The notes: generated by a model from the letters alone, not told the origin. Counted from the first letter of the stretch, positions 17,914 through 26,034 are shown. The stretch: DNA of 32,199 nucleotides from an uncultured Candidatus Saccharibacteria bacterium (GCA_964358975.1 CAYHQT010000001.1:1-32199), one strand, 5' to 3'. Made by a program: numbers and translations.

Positions 17914-20676
17914 ATGTTTTCATCTATCAAAATATTTATTAAGACTGAATACGGTATAGCTATTTTACTGTCCAGTTTTATTTTAGCTCTCACCCTCATC
18001 GGCCAGTCTTGGAATGATTTTGTTTTAGTTGCTGACCAAACAATCCAATCCATTCCTTCCTCCGCCAGCTGGCGGAATACCCAACTAGCTTCCGCTGAAG
18101 GCACTGATTTACTAACACAAGGGTTAGTTGGATGGTGGAAATTTGACGAGGGGAGCGGGACGACGGCGGGGGATGCGAGTGGCGGGGGGAATGTAGGGAT
18201 GTTTGTTAATGAACCGGCATGGGTTTCTATCACAAAGGCGAAAGTGGGGAATGGAGCGGTGCAGTTTAATGGTATTAACAATTACATATCAGTCGGAACC
18301 TTGGACTCATTTGGTGCCTCCAATGGTCAAACCCAAATGCAACAGGGCGTTACAATATCTCTTTGGCTAAAGACGACCAATAACTCAAGTATAATGACAT
18401 TGGTTGGTAACAGATCGCTCGGGCTCTCTCCAGGATTTGGTGTATCGTTGAATAGTGGTTTTTACGGAATGGTTCCCGGATCGATAAGAGTCAGTTGGTC
18501 GCAATCTTCTAATTACGGGTCATCATTCGCTTTTAACGCCAACAGATTGATAAACGACGGAAATTGGCATCTTCTAACCGTGGTAATCAAAATGCCCGGC
18601 ACACAGCAAATCTGGATTGATGGTACAAGCCGAAATGTTAGTATTGAACGTGATAGTTTTAGCACATACCAAACATGGTCTATCACTCCGTCGCTTGGAA
18701 TTGGCGCGGATATTATGAGTGCAACTACGGAGAACTATTTCTTGGGATTAATTGACGACGTCCGCGTTTACAACCGTGTCCTGTCAGCGGATGAAATAAG
18801 CCAACTCTATGCTCTTGGAGACAGCACTGTTGCTCCTGCCAATACCTCATCCCCATCAAGCCCTCTTTCTGTCACGACCGTGGCCGCAGCTCCAACCACT
18901 TACACTCTTACCGTTTCAAAGTCAGGAAGTGGCACAGGCGCTGTCACTGGCGGATCAATTTTCTGCGGTTCCACTTGTTCTCAATCCAGTATCACTTCAG
19001 GAACTTCAATCACCCTTTCCGCTACCCCAACATCAGGTTCGACCTTTACGGGTTGGAGCGGGGGAGGGTGTTCGGGAACTGATGTATGCCTGGTCACGCT
19101 TAACGCAGATACAAGCATACGGGCTACCTTTAGCACAGCATCAACACAGATTCCAGCCGGCGCTGACGTATATGTTGCGGCTAACGGCAATGATTCAACA
19201 TGCGCTAGAAACAATGTCACGAAGCCGTGCCTTACGCTTAGCAGAGCTTACACTGTATCTCAAGCGGGGGATGTCATAGAAATATCCGGTGGGACATATC
19301 CTGATCAGACCATACCGAAGCTATCCAAGGGAACCGCGATTGTAACATTCGAGCCGGCGTCTGGAGCGTCTGTAATTTTAGGAAGCGTTAATATTTATGC
19401 CAGTTATGTGGAATTGCGGAACATGGCGTCATCAGGAAGAATAGGGATAAATCCCGTAGCGACTGACTATCCATCAGGCACCAATCATATAACTCTGCGT
19501 AATATGAATGCTGAAAGCCTGGGCATCGTTGCTGAAGATGTTCTAGTTAAAGGCGGAAATTTCGGCGGATTTGACGCGTGTGACGCAAGCAAGCCTGAAG
19601 ATATTGTCCAAATTTGGGAAACGAGCAGGTCGGGGAATTGGTATGCTTCTTCAAGAGTTACAATTGATGGAGCGGTTATACATGATGTAACCGACCACAA
19701 CAATGCCTGTTCGGATGTGCCACCTCCAGCCCAAGGACGACATGTTGACTGCATGCAAATATTGTCCGGACATTTTATAACGGTCAGAAATTCTGTTTTC
19801 TATAATTGTGCAACGAGTGATATTATTGCCCGTCCGTTTCGTGTGGGATTAGATAATCTTTTGATTGAAAATAATTTTATGCAAGCAGTAATGAATCCTG
19901 GTTTAGCTTTAAATTTGGGAGACGGGTCGGATGTCTTTGGCGGCACAAATATTGTTAGATACAATACGATTTTTGGAGCGGCTGGAAGATGTTCTACTCC
20001 GGGCTGTCTTCAATTTTACGGTAATATCATAAATGCCGGTTACTGTCCGACTAATGTCAATGCGGTTTTTGATCATAATGTATTTATTTCTGGCTTGTCC
20101 AATCTCTCCAGTGCGTATCTGTGCGGTACCAATTTTAAACAAGGCAATCCTTCTTTCGTTGGACCCACGCCGAGTTCCTCATATTTAAACGGTATTATTC
20201 CGAATTATCATCTTGCGGCTAATGATGTGGTGGCGCTCGATTCCGGAGACCCGACGCGTTATCCGGCAACTGACATTGACGGTCAAACCCGTTTTTTTGG
20301 TTTAACTCCTGATGCTGGAGCAGATGAATACACAGGAAGTGGGGGAGTCACTCTCACAAACGGTCTCTGCTCCACCACTCTCAATCAGTGTACAACAGGA
20401 ACATTCTCCGACCTTGCCGACACCTCCGCTAACTACCTCTGGTCATGCATGGGTTCCAACGGCGGTACTACCGCTTCCTGTAGTTTGCCTATCACACCAG
20501 TTACCCCCCCCACTCCAACCACCGGCGACTTCAACGCTGACGGCATAGTCAACTCCATAGACCTCTCTCTCATGATTACCGCCTGGAATACGAGCAACGC
20601 TACTTACGACCTTAACAGAGACGGCAGAGTGAATTCTCTAGATTATGTGATTATGGTGCGGAATTGGAGTATGTAG
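17914..20676 (+). CDS. Giant surface protein: TM leader - LamG - B-repeat-like Cys domain - beta-helix - 4-Cys module - dockerin
   Basis: 920 aa. It starts 6 nt after the upstream stop, so it is probably co-transcribed. It carries the leader, the LamG signature, YTLTVSKSGSGTGAVTGGSIFCGSTC..FTGWSGGGCSGTDVC, NGLCSTTLNQC..YLWSC..ASCSLPI, and the dockerin. Confidence 0.9.
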   Translation: MFSSIKIFIKTEYGIAILLSSFILALTLIGQSWNDFVLVADQTIQSIPSSASWRNTQLASAEGTDLLTQGLVGWWKFDEGSGTTAGDASGGGNVGMFVNEPAWVSITKAKVGNGAVQFNGINNYISVGTLDSFGASNGQTQMQQGVTISLWLKTTNNSSIMTLVGNRSLGLSPGFGVSLNSGFYGMVPGSIRVSWSQSSNYGSSFAFNANRLINDGNWHLLTVVIKMPGTQQIWIDGTSRNVSIERDSFSTYQTWSITPSLGIGADIMSATTENYFLGLIDDVRVYNRVLSADEISQLYALGDSTVAPANTSSPSSPLSVTTVAAAPTTYTLTVSKSGSGTGAVTGGSIFCGSTCSQSSITSGTSITLSATPTSGSTFTGWSGGGCSGTDVCLVTLNADTSIRATFSTASTQIPAGADVYVAANGNDSTCARNNVTKPCLTLSRAYTVSQAGDVIEISGGTYPDQTIPKLSKGTAIVTFEPASGASVILGSVNIYASYVELRNMASSGRIGINPVATDYPSGTNHITLRNMNAESLGIVAEDVLVKGGNFGGFDACDASKPEDIVQIWETSRSGNWYASSRVTIDGAVIHDVTDHNNACSDVPPPAQGRHVDCMQILSGHFITVRNSVFYNCATSDIIARPFRVGLDNLLIENNFMQAVMNPGLALNLGDGSDVFGGTNIVRYNTIFGAAGRCSTPGCLQFYGNIINAGYCPTNVNAVFDHNVFISGLSNLSSAYLCGTNFKQGNPSFVGPTPSSSYLNGIIPNYHLAANDVVALDSGDPTRYPATDIDGQTRFFGLTPDAGADEYTGSGGVTLTNGLCSTTLNQCTTGTFSDLADTSANYLWSCMGSNGGTTASCSLPITPVTPPTPTTGDFNADGIVNSIDLSLMITAWNTSNATYDLNRDGRVNSLDYVIMVRNWSM

Positions 20677-20684
20677 GGTACAAA

Positions 20685-20695
20685 TGTGCTATAAT
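20685..20695 (+). promoter_or_regulatory. Extended -10 box TGTGCTATAAT, 6 nt upstream of ATG 20702 (leaderless)
   Basis: TATAAT 20690-20695 begins 14 nt after the dockerin-gene stop (20674-20676), followed by gctggc and ATG. Confidence 0.6.
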
Positions 20696-20701
20696 GCTGG
20701 C

Positions 20702-21130
20702 ATGGAAGGTAAAAGATTAACAGATGAACAAAGACAAGAGATCATCTCTCTAATGCAATCACGAGGGGCTATTGTCGGCTATCTATTCGGCTCATATGCC
20801 CGTGGCACAGCAGGACCTTTGAGTGATATTGATGTTGGTGTGGCTTTTCCGGAGACAATACCGAAGAATACCCAAGACACGCTCATCGAAGAGATCCGCA
20901 CTGGTTTGGAAAGAAAATTTGGAGGTAGAGACAAAGCTGATGTTTTGAATGTACCAGAACTTAAAAATCCATTACTCCGATACATTGTCACTTTGGGAGA
21001 AGGTCAAATACTATTTTCGGATGATCAATCTCTTCATAATAGATTGGCTAATTACGCTCTGCGTGAATATGAGGACACGAGGTCACTTCGATCAATTCAA
21101 AGTAAAGCTCTAGAGCATTTATTCGCGTAA
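20702..21130 (+). CDS. mntA: MNT-type nucleotidyltransferase antitoxin
   Basis: LFGSYARGTAGPLSDIDVGVAF. The start was set at ATG 20702; the track start 20684 lies inside the promoter box. Confidence 0.85.
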   Translation: MEGKRLTDEQRQEIISLMQSRGAIVGYLFGSYARGTAGPLSDIDVGVAFPETIPKNTQDTLIEEIRTGLERKFGGRDKADVLNVPELKNPLLRYIVTLGEGQILFSDDQSLHNRLANYALREYEDTRSLRSIQSKALEHLFA

Positions 21131-21140
21131 CTATATTTTC

Positions 21141-21435
21141 ATGACAACACTCAATATTGAATCAATAGAAGATAAATTATTTCGACGCTCATATTCTGGC
21201 TGAAGAATTTCATGAAAATCCCAAGAATTACGCGGAAATTATTACCGCGCTTGGAGAGCATGGCGTTATAGACAAAGAATTCGCGATCACCCAAGAAGAG
21301 ATGGCTAAATTTAGAAATAAGCTGATTCATGATTATGATTCAATTGATCGGTCTAAAACTGTTTTTTATGGCCGATCTGCTCCGGAAGTTTTCCGAACAT
21401 TTGGCAAGGCATTTACGGAGTATATAAAGAAATAA
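21141..21435 (+). pseudogene. Degraded HEPN (DUF86-like) toxin gene: internal deletion plus frameshift
   Basis: ATG 21141 gives only 20 codons (MTTLNIESIEDKLFRRSYSG*). The +1 frame then encodes ..AEEFHENPKNYAEIITALGEHGVIDKEFA...FRNKLIHDYDSID..EYIKK* (R-x4-H present) and ends at 21435. Roughly 45 residues of a normal DUF86 N-terminal half are missing. Confidence 0.75.
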
Positions 21436-21438
21436 AAA

Positions 21439-21531
21439 TGGAATACGAGCAACACTATTTACGACCTTAATAGAGATGGTATCGTTAATTCTCTGGATTA
21501 TGTGATGATGGTAAGGAATTGGAGTATGTAA
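21439..21531 (+). repeat. Solo copy of a dockerin-gene 3' end (93 nt; encodes WNTSNTIYDLNRDGIVNSLDYVMMVRNWSM*)
   Basis: It aligns to 20584-20676 and 15013-15105. It begins 3 nt after the HEPN-remnant stop and has no ORF body upstream. Confidence 0.9.
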
Positions 21532-21694
21532 TGAAGTCTCCCGGATATTGAAAGCTTTTGCTCTGCCGACGGGGGTGAGAGGGTGATGGAAAAATGGGAA
21601 ATTGGGAGATCATAAATTCTGGGACTAGACTCGAATATTGTACACTAGAGTAGCAATAATTGACCATATTTTGTTAGTATGCTAGGCTAAAAAC

Positions 21695-22834
21695 ATGTAT
21701 ATACCAAGGTTTCCGAAAATCGAAGACAAAATAGGAATTGGAAAGGTTCTAGTTATTTATGGTGCAAGACAAGTAGGTAAGTCATTTTTGGTCAAGAAAT
21801 ATCTGGAAAAGGTTTCTAGAGAAACTCCAACTCTGAAACAATTATTTTTCAATGGAGAAGATGTCAATGTTCAAGCTATTTTTTCTTCAATGAATTTGAA
21901 AACACTTGATGAAGCGGTTGGGGATGCTGAACTCATGGTGTTGGATGAAGCACAAGTCATAAGAAATGTCGGGATCTCACTCAAATTACTTGTTGACACG
22001 AAACCGAGGTTGAAAATTATTGTTACAGGGTCTTCCTCGTTTGAACTTTCCGGCCAGATAGGAGAACCATTGGTCGGAAGAATGAATGTTATCAATCTTC
22101 TGCCTTTATGGGAAAGAGAAATAAAGGAAGGGGGACTTATGGATTATGTCACAGGACTTGATTTTGCGTTGCGCTTCGGACGTTATCCGGAGGTATTTCT
22201 GGAATCGGTCATTGAAAGGAAGAAAGAGATTGTTACGAATATCGTCAATGGTTATCTTTTGAAAGATATCTTGGCATTCGAGCAGGTGAAAAATTCAAAG
22301 TTAATTCTTGATCTATTGAAACTTCTGGCTTATCAAGTCGGAAATGAAGTTTCCGTAAATGAAATAGCCAATAATCTTTCTATCGGTAGAAATATAGTCA
22401 ATAGATATTTGGATTTACTTGAACAAAATTTTATTATTTTTCCACTCCATCCCTTTGCTAAAAATCTGAGGAATGAAATACGTAAAAAAGAGAAATATTA
22501 CTTTTATGATTTGGGTATCAGGAATGCTCTGATTGAGAATTTCGATGCGATCGATACTAGAGGTGATATCGGGGCACTCTGGGAGAATTATTTGATTGTA
22601 GAAAGACGCAAGCGCAATGCCTATACTGACCCTTACAAATCCGTCTATTTTTGGCGCAAATTATCTGGAGCAGAAGTAGATTTTGTCGAAGTATATAGCG
22701 ACCATATCGATGGTTATGAGTTTTCGTTGAAGGAAAAGGCTGGTAATAAATCGAAAAGATCTTGGTTGGAGAACTATAACAACGCTACATGGATAAATAT
22801 TCATAAAGAGAATTACAAAGATTTTATTTCCTAA
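21695..22834 (+). CDS. AAA+ ATPase (AAA_14 / DUF4143-type ATP-binding protein)
   Basis: 379 aa. Walker A: IYGARQVGKS. Walker B: LMVLDEAQ. The C-terminal region is typical of DUF4143 proteins. A possible TGcTAGGCT box lies 6 nt before the ATG. Confidence 0.75.
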   Translation: MYIPRFPKIEDKIGIGKVLVIYGARQVGKSFLVKKYLEKVSRETPTLKQLFFNGEDVNVQAIFSSMNLKTLDEAVGDAELMVLDEAQVIRNVGISLKLLVDTKPRLKIIVTGSSSFELSGQIGEPLVGRMNVINLLPLWEREIKEGGLMDYVTGLDFALRFGRYPEVFLESVIERKKEIVTNIVNGYLLKDILAFEQVKNSKLILDLLKLLAYQVGNEVSVNEIANNLSIGRNIVNRYLDLLEQNFIIFPLHPFAKNLRNEIRKKEKYYFYDLGIRNALIENFDAIDTRGDIGALWENYLIVERRKRNAYTDPYKSVYFWRKLSGAEVDFVEVYSDHIDGYEFSLKEKAGNKSKRSWLENYNNATWINIHKENYKDFIS

Positions 22835-22848
22835 CGGTAGATAGTAAT

Positions 22849-22957
22849 TCTAATGACCACCGCCTGGAACACGAACAACGCTACTTATGACCTTAACAGA
22901 GACGGCAGAGTGAACTCTCTGGACTATGCCATCATGGTGCGGAATTGGACGGTGTAG
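22849..22957 (+). repeat. Solo copy of a dockerin-gene 3' end (109 nt; encodes LMTTAWNTNNATYDLNRDGRVNSLDYAIMVRNWTV*)
   Basis: It aligns to 4279-4387 and 20568-20676. It begins ~14 nt after the ATPase stop. Confidence 0.9.
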
Positions 22958-23047
22958 GGGAAAACTACCTATCTCGAGCACCTTATTTTAGAGAAAGGAG
23001 ATAAAGTCTTCCGATAGTTATCAACTTGAATTTCTCATAATAGTCAG

Positions 23048-23091
23048 TATAATGTACGTATTGAGCGAAAAAGCTTAAAAACGCTCAATAC
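23048..23091 (+). promoter_or_regulatory. TATAAT box followed by a perfect 10-bp inverted repeat in the 5' leader of the ATPase gene
   Basis: TATAAT 23048-23053. gtattgagcg (23058-23067) and cgctcaatac (23082-23091) are separated by 14 nt and end 3 nt before ATG 23095. Confidence 0.45.
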
Positions 23092-23094
23092 ATC

Positions 23095-24354
23095 ATGATA
23101 AATGAACAAAAAACCAATATTTTACGAGAAATTGTCTCGAAACAGAGAGAAAATCTCAAAGTAAAGCTTTCTCGTGAATATATTCCTCGAGAAGTTTTGA
23201 AAAAGGCAGAAGAGCTATTCAAGTCCAATCTGATAAAAGTTATTACGGGTCCGCGAAGAGCTGGGAAGTCTGTGCTAGCTTTATTGTTGCTAAAGGGTAA
23301 AGATTTCGCCTATTTAGATCTCGATGATGAATATTTGAAAGAAATCGTCAAAGGATTGGGACATTATGAAATACTTATGGATGTTTTGAAAGTGATTTAC
23401 GGGGATACAAAAAATATATTTATTGATGAAATACAGAATCTACCACGATGGGAACTTTTCGCCAACAGACTGCATAGTCAGGGATACAATCTTTTACTTA
23501 CTGGATCAAACTCGAATCTTTTGAGCAGAGAACTTTCCACGCATTTGACCGGAAGGCATTATGTTATCGAAATTATGCCTTTTAGCTTTGGTGAGTTTAC
23601 CTTGAATGGAATCAGAAATAACGCTACGCAAAATCTCAAAGATTATATGGAGAATGGAGGGTACCCGGAAATAGTCACGGGTAGTGATAAGCCGGAATCA
23701 TATTTAACGGTACTTTTCAATTCCATAATATATAAAGACATAATTAGTAGATATAAAGTAAGACATGCGGATGAATTGAATCTCGTCTCTGAATATCTAC
23801 TGAATAATTATAGCAAGGAAATAAGTTTCAAAAAGATCTCCGCCTTGCTCGGTATTGTGAGTCCCAATACTATAAAAAGTTATCTAGGACATCTAGAGGA
23901 GTCGTACCTGTTCTTTATTCTGAACAGATTTTTATTGAAGATCGGCGAGAGGATGAAAGCTCCGAAGAAAGTTTATTTGGTAGATAATGGTTATATAAAA
24001 GCCAAATCAATGCAGATTTCTCCCGATCATGGAAAACTTTTGGAAAATATGTTTTTCATGGAATTGGTCAAGAAAGGTTTTGTTCCAAATAAAGAGATTT
24101 TCTATTATAAGACGAGAAATCAGAAGGAGATAGACTTTGTCGTCGTGAAAAATCTAGAAAAGAAACTATTCCAAGTTTCGTATGATATTTCTGATATTGA
24201 TGTCAGGAAAAGAGAGGTTAAAGCACTGATTGAGGCGGGTCAAGATTTAGTTACCGATGAATTATATATTATAACTTTCGATAGAGAAGAAATTATTGAA
24301 CAAAGTGGAAAGAGAATAAAAGTTATTCCATTTGGCAAATGGGCTTTGGAATAA
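23095..24354 (+). CDS. AAA+ ATPase (AAA_14 / DUF4143-type ATP-binding protein)
   Basis: 419 aa. Walker A: ITGPRRAGKS. Walker B: IFIDEIQ. Distant paralog of 21695..22834. Confidence 0.75.
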   Translation: MINEQKTNILREIVSKQRENLKVKLSREYIPREVLKKAEELFKSNLIKVITGPRRAGKSVLALLLLKGKDFAYLDLDDEYLKEIVKGLGHYEILMDVLKVIYGDTKNIFIDEIQNLPRWELFANRLHSQGYNLLLTGSNSNLLSRELSTHLTGRHYVIEIMPFSFGEFTLNGIRNNATQNLKDYMENGGYPEIVTGSDKPESYLTVLFNSIIYKDIISRYKVRHADELNLVSEYLLNNYSKEISFKKISALLGIVSPNTIKSYLGHLEESYLFFILNRFLLKIGERMKAPKKVYLVDNGYIKAKSMQISPDHGKLLENMFFMELVKKGFVPNKEIFYYKTRNQKEIDFVVVKNLEKKLFQVSYDISDIDVRKREVKALIEAGQDLVTDELYIITFDREEIIEQSGKRIKVIPFGKWALE

Positions 24355-24376
24355 TTAAAGAAAAGTCATATTTATC

Positions 24377-24450
24377 ATGCCACTATCTATCCAAACATCA
24401 AATAAGGCATTCCTCAATTCATTAATCGCCGATCAAACAATCCATTCCTT
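24377..24450 (+). repeat. Degraded remnant of the leader-type gene 5' end (TM-coding part deleted)
   Basis: atgccactatctatccaaaca...atcgccgatcaaacaatccattcc parallels 27871-27891 (atgtccccatctatccaaaca) joined directly to the ADQTIQSIP-coding segment (28010-28040). Confidence 0.65.
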
Positions 24451-24537
24451 TATAGGTGCGAAATTGAATGGTGTATGGCCATGTCCATCTTGAGGTATTT
24501 CTTTACGATTACTACAAAATATGTAAAAATAGTAAAT

Positions 24538-24636
24538 ATGTCAGAAAAGCCTATGTTTATAAGGAGAAAAATCGATGCTAAAATACAGGAGTATTTGAAA
24601 TTACCTGAAATACTGGCAATTTTAGGTTCGTGGTAA
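24538..24636 (+). pseudogene. Possible N-terminal fragment of a third AAA_14-type ATPase gene (32 codons)
   Basis: MSEKPMFIRRKIDAKIQEYLKLPEILAILGSW* resembles the pre-Walker-A N-terminus of this ATPase family and stops where G.R..GKS would follow. Weak, motif-level call only. Confidence 0.3.
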
Positions 24637-24689
24637 GCTAACGGTTTTATAGACACGTATTTATGGTTGCATCGGATTTTCAGGTCATA

Positions 24690-24695
24690 TATAAT
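24690..24695 (+). promoter_or_regulatory. TATAAT box 6 nt upstream of ATG 24702 (leaderless)
   Basis: TATAAT, acaaat, then ATG. Confidence 0.5.
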
Positions 24696-24701
24696 ACAAA
24701 T

Positions 24702-24899
24702 ATGGTTACAATAACAATTCCAAAGAAATTATCGAAGCTCGGTGAACTAGTGCTTATCTCCAAGAGAGAGTTGGAAGCTCTTATTGCCCGCGTTAGTGAA
24801 GTTGTGGAAGAAAAAGATGTATTGCGTTGGTCTAGGGAAGCTAGGGCAATGAAGCGCGCGGGAAAACTTCCATTGCTCGGAAATATGGCGACGCTATGA
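24702..24899 (+). CDS. Putative antitoxin of the RelE/ParE-like toxin (family unassigned; VTITIPKKL is reminiscent of SpoVT/AbrB-type)
   Basis: 65 aa with a 4-nt ATGA overlap onto the downstream toxin. The start was chosen at 24702 because the TATAAT box lies inside the longer track ORF (24663). Confidence 0.55.
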   Translation: MVTITIPKKLSKLGELVLISKRELEALIARVSEVVEEKDVLRWSREARAMKRAGKLPLLGNMATL

Positions 24900-25162
24900 T
24901 CATTTACTTTCACCCACGCTTCCAGAAAAATTATCGCAAACTCGATTCCAAAACAAAGATTCAAGCAGAATTCAGAGTGACACGGTTCAAGATTGATCCA
25001 TTCGATAGTATTCTCGGAACGCATCATCTTCATGAAAAGCTCAAAAAACAATTGAGCTTTTCTATTAATTCACGCTGTCGAATCCTATTCGAATTTGTAG
25101 GTAAAAAACAAAATGAGGTTATTTTTCTAGATATCGGAGATCATGATATTTATTCCGTCTAG
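24896..25162 (+). CDS. RelE/ParE-superfamily toxin (RelE/StbE/YafQ-like)
   Basis: 88 aa. The pattern F.K.YRKL....K........F..DPF...L..H.L...L....SFSI....RILFEF.....I.FLDIGDHDIY is typical of the family. Confidence 0.7.
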   Translation: MIIYFHPRFQKNYRKLDSKTKIQAEFRVTRFKIDPFDSILGTHHLHEKLKKQLSFSINSRCRILFEFVGKKQNEVIFLDIGDHDIYSV

Positions 25163-25168
25163 CGAGCG

Positions 25169-25200
25169 GTGTCGTGACTGCCGATAGGCAGACATGACAC
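25169..25200. other. Strong GC-rich hairpin flanked by direct gcgagcg repeats
   Basis: gtgtcgtgactgcc-gata-ggcagacatgacac forms 12 WC pairs and 1 GU out of 14 positions. gcgagcg occurs at 25162-25168 and again at 25201-25207. No T-run follows. Confidence 0.4.
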
Positions 25201-25346
25201 GCGAGCGAAGACGGAAGAAAGGGTAATACCCACAGTTTTCAATAGACTGATTCACCGTTTTAGGGATAATTTGGTGAATAGACTCACTAAATTAGGTAAA
25301 ATAATATGAAAATATATAGATATTTACAGGAAAAAATATAGAAAAG

Positions 25347-25357
25347 TGTGCTATAAT
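25347..25357 (+). promoter_or_regulatory. Extended -10 box TGTGCTATAAT, 7 nt upstream of ATG 25365 (leaderless)
   Basis: TATAAT 25352-25357. The 19-mer shared with 11296-11314 is present. Confidence 0.6.
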
Positions 25358-25364
25358 GCGATTT

Positions 25365-25664
25365 ATGTCGGAATTCGAAATAATCAAACAGAAAATAGCT
25401 CTGCAAAAAGAGTATTTACATAAAACCTATGGAGTGGAAGAAATAGGTGTTTTCGGCTCATTTGCCCGCGGAGACAATGATGAGAATAGCGATATAGATG
25501 TTTCAGTTGAGCTCAATCAGAAAGTACCCGTGGGACTTTTTGAATTTGCCGGTATGAAATTTTATCTTGAGGATTTACTGGGAAGAAAAGTTGATTTGGT
25601 GATAAAGAGTGGAATAAAAGCGCTTATAAAAGACAGGATTTTAAGTCAATTAGTCATCATATGA
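25365..25664 (+). CDS. mntA: MNT-type nucleotidyltransferase antitoxin (short classical form)
   Basis: [20 protein letters not shown]. 4-nt ATGA overlap with the HEPN gene. The track start 25356 lies within the -10 box. Confidence 0.85.
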   Translation: MSEFEIIKQKIALQKEYLHKTYGVEEIGVFGSFARGDNDENSDIDVSVELNQKVPVGLFEFAGMKFYLEDLLGRKVDLVIKSGIKALIKDRILSQLVII

Positions 25665-26011
25665 GTGAAAAAAGAAATGTAAAATTATTTATTCAGGATT
25701 CTTTCGATGCTATTGATAAGATCAATGGTTATGTTTCTAATATTAAAGACGCTAATGAACTGAAAAATTCTGGGCAAACTTATGATGCGGTGATGATGAA
25801 TTTCATCGTTATCGGTGAGGCAATTAAAAATATTTATGAAGAAGTCCGTGAAAATTATCCGGATGTAGAATGGCGACAAATCATGGCAATGCGCAATATT
25901 TTAATACACGAGTATTGGGGAGTAGATGAAAAAGTAGTATGGAACGCGATTGGAAGAAATTTACCTGAATTAAAGGAAATTCTTACAAAGATTAGGAATA
26001 GTTTGAATTGA
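25661..26011 (+). CDS. hepT: HEPN (DUF86/HepT) toxin
   Basis: 116 aa with R-x4-H in [14 protein letters not shown]. Confidence 0.85.
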   Translation: MSEKRNVKLFIQDSFDAIDKINGYVSNIKDANELKNSGQTYDAVMMNFIVIGEAIKNIYEEVRENYPDVEWRQIMAMRNILIHEYWGVDEKVVWNAIGRNLPELKEILTKIRNSLN

Positions 26012-26034
26012 ACAATGTAGGTAAATAGAATTGT

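Noticed and set aside
18809-19279. 156-aa + strand ORF in an alternative frame of gene 17914..20676 (similarly 12953..13183, 13298..13486, 5742..5951, 6120..6353, 20312..20548, 31608..31982)
   Set aside because: These are Pro/Leu/Ser-rich off-frame translations of the B-repeat/linker regions. The main frame carries the conserved domain motifs.
20661-20695. TTGGAC/TTGGAG inside the conserved dockerin end acting as the -35 element for downstream cassette promoters
   Set aside because: The spacing to a plausible -10 is inconsistent: about 20 nt at gene D, 15 nt at 11255, and no -10 at the right distance after 8971, 9912 or 22957. The extended -10 boxes do not need a -35.
21439-22957. Solo dockerin-end fragments as template/variable repeats of a diversity-generating retroelement
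   Set aside because: Differences between the fragments and the gene ends are mostly scattered transitions (t/c, a/g), largely at synonymous positions, and are not confined to adenine positions. No reverse transcriptase gene is present in the window. The targeted region is a dockerin, not a C-type-lectin/Ig-like VR scaffold.
22849-22957. Solo fragments as integron attC sites
   Set aside because: I could not find the imperfect palindromic symmetry (R''/L'' versus L'/R', terminal GTTRRRY) expected of attC. The fragment ends are not mutually complementary, and no intI-like gene or attI is visible. The analogy to integrons is kept only at the level of array geometry.
24450-24656. 68-aa minus-strand ORF in the spacer after the second ATPase
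   Set aside because: It has no motif and no promoter or RBS context. It overlaps the + strand fragments (leader remnant, ATPase-like N-terminus) that better explain the sequence.
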